Shown here: positions 50,721-64,000 of the stretch, piece by piece
How the letters are laid out: each line of letters begins with the position of its first letter
How positions within the stretch are numbered: position 1 is the first letter of the stretch
NCBI RefSeq assembly: GCF_006345805.1
Contig: NC_043005.1
Span: forward strand, 27,900,001 to 27,964,000
DNA from: Octopus sinensis
Lineage: Eukaryota
Reading direction: 5' to 3'
DNA length: 64,000 nt
The notes under the pieces: model-generated
Told to the model about the DNA's origin: nothing
Seen by the model: the letters and a program-made list of their open reading frames with translations, nothing else
Databases searched by the model: none
Translations under genes and position numbers: made by a program

Positions 50721-52907
50721 ATGAGAGAAGAAAAAGATCTAATAATAAAATTCCAGATAAAGCACCAACCCCTGGATATATATCAGCAAATAATAATTCT
50801 CAACTCAAATGGGCTGTGGTGCCCATAGAATGACTAATATCAATCACCTTTAAATGTCTTTTCAGGTGGTGCTATTAAGTTAGACATGGCCTGGAGTGGC
50901 GAAAACTTATCTAAATATCTAAGCACACACACACACACGTGTGTGTATGTACTGTTTTTAGTGAGTTCAATAAAAAGAAATTTATGTTAGAACACAGTAA
51001 AGATGGTGAAGAAGAGCTGCCAAGCCTTAACTAAAGACTGAGAAGGTGAACCGAACAGAAATGGATCTAAACTGGAGATGGAGTCAAGAGAGAGATTACC
51101 ACCATGCTGGGTGGGGATCAATATCCATGACACTAAGTTTGGACATTATAACTGAAATCAAAAACAGTGAAACAAATTTTAAAAAAAGGCTTCTGGTCAC
51201 CAAACATCTGCTTATTTTTCTATTCTTTTACTTGTTTCAGTCATTTGGCTGTGGCCATGCTGGAGCATTGCCTTTAGTCAAACAAATCGACTCCAGGACT
51301 TATTCTTTGTAAGCCTAGTACTTATTCTATCGGCCTTTTTTGCTGAACCGCTAAGTTACAGGGATGTAAACACACCAACATTAGTTGACAAACAATGGTG
51401 GGGGGACAAACACAGACACACACACAAATACACGCATGTGCGTGCACACACACATATATAAATGACAGGCTTTTTTCAGTTTCCGTCTACCAAATCCACT
51501 CACAAGGCTTTGGTCATCCCAAGGCTATAGTAGAAGACACTTGCCCAAGGTGCCATGTAGTGGGACTGAACCCAAAACCATGTGGTTGGCAAGCAAGCTT
51601 CTTACCACACAGCCACACTGTGCTTCGGAAAATTTAAATTCACCTAATAATTAGGTTGAGTAATAGAAACAAACCAAGGGACAGTTTTGTTAGTTGGCTG
51701 TGTTGATGTTGATTGAGATAATAAAGCAAAATTTCTACAACAGAAATGGTTTTACTGGAGGTCTCTGGCTGCTGTTGCCATTGTGTAGCACAGTTGATTG
51801 AAGTAGCCAAAGAATACAAACCATTAGAATTTATTGGTTTTAATGGAAACATGTTTAGCATCATTTATTGCTTGTTATGGTTAGGCATATGTGAAATTGT
51901 CCAATAATGTTACTTGTGGTTAAATGCTGTCTTAAATACATCATATTGGCAGTGACTTTAAAGTTTCATTCTTTTATTCTTTTACTTGTTTCGGTCATTT
52001 GACTGCAGCCATGCTGGAGCACCGCCTTTTAGTCGAGCAAATAGATCCAAGGACTTATTCTTTGTAAGCCTAGTAGTTATTCTATTGATTTCTTTTTGCT
52101 GAACCACTAAGTTACAGGGATGTAAACACACCAGCATCGGATGTCAAGTGGTGTTGCGGGGACAAACACAGACACTCAATCACACACACACACATACATA
52201 TATACGACAGGCTTCTTTCAGTTTCCGTCTACCAAATCCACTTTGGTCAGCCTGAGGCTATAGTAGAAGACACTTGCCCAAAGTGCCACACAGTAGGACT
52301 GAACCCAGAACCATGTGGTTTGTAAGCAAGCTACTTACCACACAGTAACTTCTGTGCCTATATATAATTATTTAATATATATTCTTGTATGGCAGTAAGT
52401 GAGGAAGGGTCAGGAATCACTGACATAGAGGATTCCTTTTTACCAGGAAACATTGTAGTTGTTTTGTCCCTCACTATCCCTGATAAAGCAGAACTGTGAT
52501 CAAAGCTTTCTAGCTGTAACCATCTGGGTTTTTTAGTAGAGGTTTTTTTTTTCTTTTTGTTCCTGGAGATAAAGTCAGACAATTGGTATGCTAATGATGG
52601 CTACTGAACCAGAAACATATGTCCATGATTGTCTTCTTATCTCCAGACAATAAGCCTGTCCTTTACCTTGATGACATCTCAACTCTAGAGAATTCTCAAA
52701 TCTTGAGATTATCAGATTATCTCCCCTCCTCAAGTGGAGCTGGTCTTATCTGCTGTTTGGTACTTATGTGATAACTTCAAGAGGCAGAGACAATTTTAAT
52801 AAATCAAAAATTTATGTTGTTTAGTATTTGATATTTAATGATATTTTGTCTAAGTTGTTCAAATACATGTTACAGGTCACTCTGAGTTATTTCTCTTATC
52901 TCGTGCT

Positions 52908-52910
<3 letters not shown>

Positions 52911-52960
<50 letters not shown>

Positions 52961-52969
52961 TGTGTGTGT

Positions 52970-53003
<34 letters not shown>
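52911..53003. repeat. (TG)n microsatellite
   Basis: About 90 bp of TG with two interruptions. Confidence 0.95.
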
Positions 53004-53005
<2 letters not shown>

Positions 53006-54677
53006 CTCTTCCCATTTTACATTTAGAATTAATTCTGACCAGTCACCTGCTTGGTAGCAAGGTTGTGAAGGGAAGCATCTTGTTTTGTTCATCTGCTTTT
53101 AAGGCTAAAGAAATTCTTGCAGATTTTTATAGTTCCAGATATCATGATCATTTCTAGTGTATGAATTAGGGAGTTGAGTTCCCTCTCCAAGAACCCTAAG
53201 TTCAGCCATATTTTGCTCCAGGTGGGTTGGTACACATCTTGTTGCTCCAATAATAGTATGAAACTGAAAGTGTATCCCAGGTACTGGATTTGCAAATTTC
53301 TTATGTACGTATGTATGCATTTGTGCATGCATATGTGTGTGTATGGATGCATGAATGAATGAATGGATAAGTGACAATTTCCCAGAAGACATTCAGCATT
53401 TTACTTAATTATATTAAACTGATGATGCTTATAATATATCTGAACACTTGAGTATCACTTGAGTATCTGATGTTTGAATTTAGAGCAGATATCTAAATAT
53501 GCTGCTACATGTGTAGAAGGAGCAAACCTGCCATCATATTTTCTCTTAGGACAATGTATTTGCTGTATGTTGTAGACATAAGTGTCTATAAATAATTAAA
53601 ATATATGAGAAGTCATATTTCATATTCACATGCAGTAAGAAATGTCACATGAAAACAAGGTTTTTAACTATACTGAGAATGTTGTCACCTTCTTTTGTAC
53701 TGTGGTGTGGTTGTGGCCTGGTTCTGTAATTATGTAAGCATGAGAGAGATAGAGACAGAGAGAGGGTTATTGGATGAATACAAGTATCAGTGACCATAGT
53801 ATAGCCCTGGGCTAGCTGAAGTTTGATCACTTTGTATCGCAGATTCTTCCTATTTGGCAGATTCTTCCTATTTGGCAGGTCTAGCCGTCCACGGCTGCTG
53901 ATGGTTGAAAAGTACCTGGTGTGAAACACATGACTACCCTCTGTTCTCTTTCATCTGTCAGTGTTGCTTGTCAGTCTTTGTGTATGACTACATCTATTCA
54001 TCATCTGCTCCTCTCTCTTATACTGCCTCCCTCTGTCTCTGTAAATTTAGTCTCTTTTAATATGCTCCAGAACAAATCTGATTGGACAGAATTGTGGTGA
54101 CATCATCACTGGAAAATCCTGATGCTTACATTTAATTTTTATTGGTCAGATTTTTATTGATATCAATACTCGATATTAAAGATCTGTTTTTGTCTAGGAA
54201 AATTTTCCTCCTTAAATAAAAAGAACAATCCAGGTTCAAATACAGGCAATCATTTGCTACAAGTCTCTGTAATTTTTCAAACTTCTAACTGTAAACTGTA
54301 TATTTTCACACATGAACAATCCGTCCAACCCGTGCTAGTGCGGAAAACGGATGTTAAACGATGATGATGATGATGATGATGATGATGAAATATTATTAAG
54401 CTGTTATGGATAATTCACACCAAGAGCTATTTTAAACCATGAAAATATTTTTTTCTCCATATAAAGAAGTAATTAAAATCTGAAAGGGTTAATTGATAAA
54501 TTCAAGCAAATAGTGATTCTGATTTGAAACGAAACAATTTCTAACACAAACTAAAATTTTTAATGTTTCACCCTAAATAATTTGGCATATCATAAGACCA
54601 CATGACCCTCTTGTCTTTCCACTTCACCCAACCCTGCTCTCTGTCATCCTCTCTTCCGAGACCGACCTCTCCTGCTC

Positions 54678-54888
54678 TCTTTAATACTGTGATTTCTATG
54701 TATTTATTAGGATTAAGAAATTATCTAAAAGTTGTTCAGAATTTGTGCTATGTTTTTTGTGGCACCCTAGGGTCCAGGTTTCTGCATGCAAGGTGATTCC
54801 TAGTTTGTCTCATATGGATGCAAATTCTGAACAACTTTTAGATAATTTCTTAATCCTAATAAATACATAGAAATCACAGTATTAAAGA
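54678..54888. repeat. Perfect 68-bp inverted repeat with 75-nt spacer
   Basis: 54678-54745 is the exact reverse complement of 54821-54888. Confidence 0.95.
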
Positions 54889-56734
54889 CTGGTTCACTGA
54901 GCACTTCTGAGACATCAGACTCGGCAATGACACCCTGGTCTCACACCACTTCCACTCAACTGGTCATTCACTACAACATCTGTCTGTCTTTGCATAGAGG
55001 GCCACTTGCACACCTGCTTCTGTTGTGAGAAAGAATTGATCTTTTCATTCTTTTGCTCCTTATGGCCTTAATTCATCTGAAACCAACCCCGCACATATTC
55101 CCACACTCCTCTCACCTTTAACTGCCACTTCCCTTCACCCATACACCTGTACACCACCTAACTCAGTAACTTCACCGCACACACAATTATACAAACACCT
55201 ATACGCATTGCTCAACTCAGTACCCACACCACACACGATTACACACATACACACTCATATGAACATGCACTCACACACATTTTCTCACTCCACACACATT
55301 AGCACTCAATACCTCCTGACCCCTAAATCTAATCACCCCTACCCCACCTTGCATCTCCATGGATTCCCACACAGCACACTGTATTCACTCCTAAAACTAC
55401 AATGCACAGGAACACAACATGCATAAACACAGACAACCTTTGCACATCAACATACACAATACACACACACACTATAGGGTCACAAACGCACTTCATGCAC
55501 TAATTCACACACACACACATGTGCAGACACCACTTGAACAAGCATACACTAACTGCTACATGCAAGCATTTGCACTGCACACACACACACACACGATAGC
55601 CTCACAGAAATACTATACTACAGCCTCACACACATATACACACGTCCAAATGCACACACACTCATAAATATATGAAACACACGTTACTCTACACAATGCA
55701 CGTACTCGTTACTTATACACATACACACACACATGCTCCCAGATGCACACACAGGCCCACATAATTTTAAGCTTGCCAACCCATACTTACACACATACAC
55801 TCTCACACACCATACTTACATACACACACACACACACACACACTTATGCACCCTAGTTCACCCGGGTCACTGTTATTATCTCCCTTTCATTCAGCCCCTT
55901 TCTTCTGGTTATTTCATCATACTGAACTATTAATCCCTACACATTTTTTTCTCTCACTGTTACTTTTCATTCTCTCTCCATTTTTTTCCTCTCAGCCCTT
56001 TCTGCCAAAGAGCATAGGCTTGAAATGTCAAAGACTTTTCCTTTCTTCCTGAACTAATATACCTGCTTGTTGTTCCTTCACCTGTCTTTGTCTTTTGTTT
56101 TCTGTAAACTTGAACATACATACATACATATACATCACAGCTTCTTGTGATAGTCACACAAACACATGTACAGATGCTATAAATATAAATAAAGAATTTC
56201 ATAATATACTTTCCAGACTTGAATTTTGGAATGTAGTCTCTGTGATCTTTATAACCAAGGAGACTCTTAAGAAGAAATTCAAACAATGCAGCATGACTTT
56301 CCTTCATAGGTTCCTTTATAAATTCATAAAGGAACACATGGAGTTCTAAAATATTGGCTTTGCATCAAGCTCGTTAACATGCACTTTACAAACATACACA
56401 CACGCATGTACACATGTGCATATGTGCATGCCCAAGCATACACATGAGATAGAAGGAAGGAAAGAAAATATTACTGGGAGGAAAACTTTCTGCTAATCAT
56501 CTAGAATGCAAACTTGCAGATGAGGAAATAAAATAAGTAGAGGAGTGATGTGAAAGGGTAGATGTAGGGAAGGAGAGGGATAAGCCAATGTGAGATGATG
56601 TGAGTAGTGAGGAAGAGAAACGATGTGGGAGGAAGTAGATTGATGAGGAGAAGTTAAAGTTGATAGTAAGACTCAGATCATGAGGAATTAAAAGGACCTG
56701 GTAGGTGGAGTTGAGGGGTAAGTGAGAAAAGTGG

Positions 56735-56769
<35 letters not shown>

Positions 56770-56928
56770 GAAAGAATGTGCTGACAGGAGTGGTCAGGGA
56801 ATAAAAGTTTGTTGGAAAAACATAAATTTAAGGAATTAGTAGGCTATGTAGAATGGGTATTTTAAGGAGCGGTTAGAGTCATAATGATAAAAATGTAGAG
56901 AAAATGGAAATAAAAGTGTCATCGTCTG

Positions 56929-57036
56929 TAATGGGAGGGGAGTAGGGAGAGGTCTAATGAGAGGGGAGTAGGGAGAGGTCTAATGAGAGGGGAGTAGGGA
57001 GAGGTCTAATGAGAGGGGAGTAGGGAGAGAGGTCTA
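56929..57036. repeat. 26-bp G-rich minisatellite, about 4 copies
   Basis: TAATGAGAGGGGAGTAGGGAGAGGTC at 56929, 56955, 56981, 57007. Confidence 0.92.
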
Positions 57037-57358
57037 TATAACAAATTCATGTCATTGGTTCATTTGGAGTAATTTTTCTTTGCCCATTTTATTAAATGAA
57101 AACAGAATAGTAATTAGATACACTGTACAAACAACATATTCACACACATATGTTTATATATGTAGAAGCACATGCAAGTATACATATGCATGCATACAAT
57201 CATGCATGTACATATCCATATTTGCACGTGTCCATATTAGCTGTTTGTTCCATAAAGACTGAAATCCACATTTTGAAATACAAGACACAATTCTGATAAA
57301 GACAGAGTATTTTACATTATTTAGTTAAAGTTTATAGTTTCTATTCTCTGGAGTAAAG

Positions 57359-57360
<2 letters not shown>

Positions 57361-57394
<34 letters not shown>

Positions 57395-57545
57395 TCTCTC
57401 TTTCCTCTCCCTCTCTCTCCCCCTCTCTCCCTCTCTCTCCCTCTCTCTCTCCCTCTCTCTCTCCCTCTCTCTCTCTCTCTCTTTCCTCTCTCTCTCTCTT
57501 TCCTCTCTCTCTCTCTTTCCTCTCTCTCCCCCCCTCTCTCTCTCA
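57361..57545. repeat. Degenerate (CT)n microsatellite
   Basis: Visible; source of the RERE ORF 57325-57546. Confidence 0.95.
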
Positions 57546-59869
57546 TTTATACTCTGAATTCAAACCCTGTCAAAGTTGAACTTTGACATATTTCTGGTGT
57601 TTATGAAATAAAGGTATCAGCCACACACTGAAATGTGTATTTAATTGAATGTTCACTCTTGTATGTTCAGCTAAGCAGAGAAGAATGATGGGAGCTGAGT
57701 TTAAGTGAAAAGTGGAGATCAAAGAAATATTTAAGAGTTCACACTGATTAATATGGAAAATAACAGAGCATAAGAGGTTTTATCTTTACATCTGAAACAG
57801 ATCTATATGTTGATTTGAACACCACTCCTCTAACTTTCAATTAGGACAGGAGTTTTAGCAGATTGAAAAATGGCATCAACAAAAAGCTGGCCATCTAAAC
57901 ATTTTCAGGATGTTCAAATGATAATAACACCACAGGTTTGTCAAATTCAGATTTGTTCTGGATCATATTAAAAAGGCCAGGATTTACAGAGGGAAATAGT
58001 GAAAAAGTTAGGAGCTTAACAATGTGAGTAGCAAAACATAACAGTAGGCAACTATTTAGATTCAGCACAATCTCTAGAGTTAAGACTGTCAAAATGCTGA
58101 TCTGTAAAAAATAACACTAGCACACTCTCTGGCTTCTCTCTCAACACACATACTACTATGAACAGAACTTTCCAATGTTACTCTGTTGTTTCTTTTCTTT
58201 GGACTGCTTGGTCCAATACAAACTTTTAACAATAGATATATGATGAATTGAAAATGAACAACCCATTGCATGGCACCTTGGTCAAGTATCTTCTACTATA
58301 GCCTTAGGTCAATCAAAGACTTGTGAGTGGATTTGGTAGATAGAAACTGAAAGAAGCCTGTCGTGTATATGTATATATCTATGTGTGTGTCTTTGTAGCT
58401 GTATTTGTCCCACCAACTCCTCGTGACATCTGGTGCTGGTGTGTTTACATCCACATAACTTAGTGGTTTAGCAAAAGAGACCAATAGATTAAGTTCTCAG
58501 TTTAAAAAAAACATAAGTACTGGGGTCAGTACAGTTGACTAAGAATTCTTCATGATAGTGCCCCAGTATGGCCACAGTGTAATAACTGAAACAAGTAAAG
58601 GGTAAAAGATAAAAGAACTCTTTCTATTTATCCATAATTCTTCAACATTCTTCTTACAGTTAAATTGGTAGACCATAAGATTCTTCTTATAATGTGAAGC
58701 GCCCAAAGTGAAGATTTATGAGAGTCTACAAAGAAAAAGAGTTCAAAAGGTTAATGGCATAGTTCATATAATTGATATATGAGGGCGGGGTAGCTAGAAA
58801 AGACATATCCAGTTAATCTGTTTGCATGGATTTGAAATACATGAAAATTGAATGTAAACAATAGTATCTTTCACCACCACAACCACCACCACCAACTATG
58901 GTATCATTTTAACTTGCTATAGACAAACATGACTGGCTGCTATAACAGAAATATTACTAATCACTCATTATTACTCAACTAGCGTTCTAAAACCTAATCA
59001 CCTAATATAAAACATTTTTTACACAGTAACTTCACTGTTATTTTTAAAATCCACCACCACAACCACCACCACCACCACCACCACCTCCATGTCAGCTTGA
59101 TTAAACTAAATTCAATCATTCATAGACACTCCCTCCTCCTTCCTTTCTTAGTCATTATTCATCTTGCCCTCCTCTACTTATTTCGCTTCCTCATTTTTTT
59201 TGTGTCATTTAATATTTTTATCTTCTCTTTTTATTTTCTTTATTTGATTTTTCTTTTGTGTTTTGTATATGTTTTTTTTAGATCCACCTATATTTCCTTC
59301 TTCTTTTCCCTCATTATATATTTCACTCTTTCCTTCTTCAAACTTTTGTCAAACATTTTTTTTCATTTTAAACGCTGTCCCTTTTTTTCTGTCTCTTAGT
59401 TGATATCCAATAAAAAGGTTACAACAGAATCAATGATACAATACCCAGCTGAAGACTTTTGCAGGGTCTAGTTAGATCCCTTTACTTCTCAACTCTAAAC
59501 CTTCTGAGGCCAACAGAATCAATACCAATCCTATATTAAGGAACCAATATAATCAACTATTCTCCATCCTTTGGACCATAGCTGGAATTCCAAATGGTTT
59601 GGTAACAAACTTCTTACCAGAATCACATCTGCACATATATGCGTGTGTGTGTGTGTTTACACGATGGACTTTTACAGTTTCCATCTATCAAATTCATTCA
59701 CAAGGAACTTGCTCAAGGCATCGAGCAGAAGAACTGAGCCCAAAGCCAATGGTTGCAAAGTTAGCTTCTTTTCTGCATCAAGGATATTTTTGTTCTTTGA
59801 AATGGGCAGATTTGTTTTAAATTAGATTATCTAAAAGAGAGAATTGCATTCTGGGGTTCATGATATCAA

Positions 59870-60560
59870 TACAAGTTATGCCTGGAGTAAAAAATCCCCT
59901 TTTAATGTTTAAAATGCAGTGAAGGCATTTTTGGTGGAATTGTTCAAACAATTTGAAATGTCTTTCATTACACATCTATATTTCAGAAGAATACAACAAG
60001 AATGGTAAGACAAACAATTTGACCATCAACTTGACCAAAGAACATATTTTAAAAAAATTCTGGTACTTATTCTATCAGTCTCAATCCAAAGCAACGGTTT
60101 CTATGGCCTTTGGATTCATTTCAAGTGACTTTATGGTAGTCCTTAAAACCTCTTTTTAGGTTTACACCAATTATGTTTCCTCTCTGCAAGCTTGCCATAA
60201 AACAGCTGTTTGCTTGTGCACTCATCCGCCATTCGAACAATATGGCCAGACCATCTCGTTTGACTTTTCAGAATCCTTGATTTAATTGAAGTTATGCCTG
60301 GAGACACAAAGACATCGGTGTCTAGAGTAAAAAAAAAGCCCCATTTAATGTTTAAAATGCAGCAAAGGCATTTTTGGTGGAATCGTTCAAACAATTTGAA
60401 ATGTCTTTCATAGCATGTCCATGTTTCAGAAGAATACAACAAGAATGGTAAGACAAACGATTTGTAAAGAGCCAACTTTATGTTGTTATTTATATGTCTT
60501 GGCACTAAATGCATGACTCTAAACCACCAAACACTTGTGCTGCCTTTTGAATTCACAGAT
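59870..60560 (-). mobile_element. RTE LINE fragment with an internal duplicated segment
   Basis: ORF 60143-60556 KLALYKSFVLPFLLYSSETW...RFHQKCL..IL...RWSGHIVRM; 59875-60030 duplicates about 60292-60470. Confidence 0.8.
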
Positions 60561-63500
60561 GTATTTCTGTGTACAGATTTCCATCATTTTGTACAGAGCT
60601 TTCAAGGTAAATGAAAGAGTTCACAATCTCAAGTAACTTACCCATAACAAAAATTTTAGGAGGAGATGCAAACAGGACCAGGTGCAGGTTGAAACATTAC
60701 AAATGTTTTTTTTCAAATTGGACCACCAAGAGCTGCAGATAAGTTCTGATCTTTGTGGATCTTAAAATGTCTTTTGAGGTCTCCATTAGATTTGCATACA
60801 CTGCATTGAAAGGTGTGCACAGACATATAAGCAGAATAGTTGGTGGAGGTTCATTTTATATGGGTTCACAGATGAGATTTGAACCCAGCAAAAGACAGGC
60901 ATGGTCTTTCGCAAACTATGCACATAAAAAGGTAATTGCCATTCACCTTCTCGATTGTTGTAGAAATAACAGAAAACATATATTTCTGACAAAATTTTAC
61001 AATAAGGTATAAAATTATTTGGTTATCAACACATGGGCTGATATATGCATATATATATAGTCCTTAATCTCTGAGGGGTAAAGATTTTCAGCTGAAATGT
61101 CTTTTAATTAAGATAGCCAATACATTCAAGGTTTTCCCCACCCTCCACCCCATCCCCACATTTGGAGTATAGATTATTTGAGTGAATTCAGAAATCATTG
61201 AATTCCAATTTTGGTTTGAAACAAAGCAAAAATAACAATAAAACCTTAAAGTGTTCTTTTTGTTTTTTCATAATTTTGCGTATCATTTTCCTATGAACTT
61301 GTACTAAAATAGCTAGAAATTTATATCAGTTTCTAACATTCTCTTCTACACTAGGCACGAGGCCTGAAATTTTGGAGGAGGGAGCCAGTCGATTAGATCG
61401 GCTCCAGTTCCCAACTGGTATTTAATTTATCAACCCCGAAAGGATGAAAGGCAAAGTCAATCTCGGCAGAATTTGAACTCAGAAAGTGGAGACAGATGAA
61501 ATACCTATTTCTTTACTACCCACAAGGGACTAAACACAGAGAGGACAAACAAGGACAGACAAATGGATTAAGTCAATTAGATCGACCCCAGTGCATAACT
61601 GGTACTTAATTTATTGACCCTGAAAGGATGAAAGGCAAAGTCGACTACAGCGGAATTTGAACTCAGAACGTAGTGGCAGACAAAATACCGCTAAGCATTT
61701 TGCCCGGCGTGCTAACGTTTCTGCCAGCTAATGTTTCTGCCCTATATCAGTTTCTTACATTGACAGAAAGAGACAAGTTTGTAGAGTGGGAAAATGAATG
61801 TGATTATACTGACCAAATGAATTTGACTGGGAATTATTTTATTGGCCCTGAAGAATGAAAAGCAAAGTTAAGTATTGTGAGATTTGAACTCAAAACATAA
61901 AATTACATATCTAAATACTGCACATCATTTTAAATAACATCCTGCTGATTCTGATATCCCCCACCTATATTCATAAAAATGTATTGATTATATTCCAATA
62001 TCAGAACAGTAATCGATTTTAAAACAGCTCTCTTTATTTTGTATCATCTTAAAACAATAATTTTCATGAAAAGAAAAATTTTAATTTACTTTGTTATTTA
62101 AGCTCCGTTATTCAATAATTTGATTTAACATTGGCAGTTTTTAATAAAGTCTTTTAAATTTAAATTATAAAAATATTGAGCGCAAATAAGTTAACTGGTA
62201 TATTTCTATAAACTGACAAAATGTTTCTAAAAATATAATTACTAATATACTTTGTAGAATTCTAGAAGTGAATATGAAATTAATTACATAATTTCTAATT
62301 TGGCACAAATCCAAAAATTTTGAGGGGAGGGGTGGATGTCAGTCAATTAAATCAACTCCTAGTGCTTGACTGGTACTTTATTTCATCAAGTTTGAAAAGA
62401 TGAAATGCAGAGTTGACCACAATGGAATTTGAACTCAAAACATAAAGTCCCATAATTAAATACTGTTTTAACAATTCTGCCAATCTATCACCCATAGTAA
62501 TGGTTTCTTATTTAGTCCCAAGACCAACAGTTCTCAGAGGAGAAGTTTAGTTGATTACATTGGTTCCAGTACAGGGCCAGTACTTTATTTTATTGATCCT
62601 GGAGGGAAAACAAAAAAGTAAAGATAACCTCACCAAGATTTGAACTCAGAACACAAAGAGCTGCAACAAATATTACATGCTCTAACAATCCCACCAGCTC
62701 ACCACCTTTTTGTCACTCTTAATAATAATTTCTAATTTAGGCACAAAATCAACAATTTTGAGAAGTGGGGCTCAATCTCAGTACTTGACTGATAATTTAT
62801 CAACACCCTGCAGAAGAATGAAAGGTAAAATTAAGCTTGCAGGAATTTGAACTCTGCAGGCAAAGAACTGAAGAAAATATGGCAAAAGTATTTTCTTCAA
62901 CACACTAATGATCCAGCCAATACACCAGCTTTAATATTTTCTAACATTGGCACAAATCCAGACATTTGGTGGAGGAGTGGGGACTTTTATATTCTCAAAG
63001 CTGCATTGAACAAGTGCAATCTAACATGACCGCATTAATATCGTTTCCATTAAATTTTCTTGTATATTAAATATACATTTATATCTAATATAATTACACT
63101 TTTCTATATATTTATGACACAGTAATATATAATTATATTAGATGTATATTTAATATACAAGAAAATTTAATGAAAATGGTATTACAAGTTTTAAAGCGAG
63201 AAATAAAAATATAAACTTACTTCTTTCAATTATTTTCAAACTTCACATGAATGGTGGTGCACTGTTGCCAAATTTTCATTACACTATGAATTTAGCACAA
63301 TTATATGTATTTATGCTACGCAGGAAATTTCTGTATTTGCATAAAAGTGCAAATGAAAATTTCCTGTTTATGGAAATTTTTCTAGCAATTTAAGAACATT
63401 AGAATAAATACTGTGTAATGAATGATTTTTTTTCCTTTTTAATACAAAATCGACTTCTTCCTGAAGGCTGTACTATTTATGGTTCATAGGATTTCCACTC

Positions 63501-64000
63501 TTGTTACAGTCAATTTAATTGATCCCAGCACTTGGCTGATACTTATTCCATCAAACCCTGAACGGTGAAAGGCAAAGTCAAACCCATCAAGATTTGAAGT
63601 AGGAATGTAAAGAAGCGTAACTAAATAGAAATCTTTCAGCTTAGCACCCTACCATCTCAGCCACTGTGCCACCTTTTAATCTGTCTTAAAAAGGGATTTC
63701 AAAGTTTTGTATAAGGTAGTCAGTTTAGATGTCCCAGTGTATTACTGGTACTTATTTATTAACACTATAAAGATGAAATGTAAACTTGACACAACAAGGG
63801 ATGTAGTTAAATAATGCAAGATAGTTTGGCACTTCACTGTTGCTGTTGAGTGGCAGACAATGTATCTTGTGGTATTTAGTTCTGGTACTTTATGCTTTGA
63901 GTTCAAATCATTCAGGATCCGACTTTACCGTTCGTTTTTTGGATCTTGATATTATGAAGTACCAGTGTTGGTTACCTTGACTACTACTGCTCTCCAAAAG

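Noticed and set aside
53105-53300. Host exon in the minus-strand ORF
   Set aside because: The PTH...NDH spacing weakly suggests a LINE AP-endonuclease remnant instead; neither reading is supportable

Overview
Eukaryotic, intron-rich, repeat-dense genomic DNA. The SINE/LINE repertoire points to an octopus (coleoid cephalopod); this is an inference. Three spliced genes can be rebuilt by hand with consistent intron phases. (1) SMC2, first two coding exons, minus strand, continuing off the left edge. (2) DPH2, complete, 7 coding exons, plus strand, 4600-24440, 1482 nt, 493 aa. (3) RIMOC1/C5orf51, complete, 7 coding exons, minus strand, 38312-25259, 843 nt, 280 aa. SMC2 and DPH2 are head-to-head with ATGs 154 bp apart; DPH2 and RIMOC1 are tail-to-tail with 818 bp between stops. 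No host gene was recognised in 38.4-64 kb. The rest is tRNA-derived SINEs, RTE, R4/Dong-like and CR1-like LINE relics, a Tigger/pogo relic, hAT MITEs, palindromic elements and microsatellites. The most notable unexplained structure is a short repeat family joining a tRNA-like Pol III head to a minimal hammerhead-ribozyme motif of the Penelope type. It usually sits as head-to-head inverted pairs in introns, and every copy's core is damaged at CpG sites. Several long intronic foldbacks could be dsRNA/ADAR substrates. All coordinates and alignments were done by eye; repeat boundaries are approximate.
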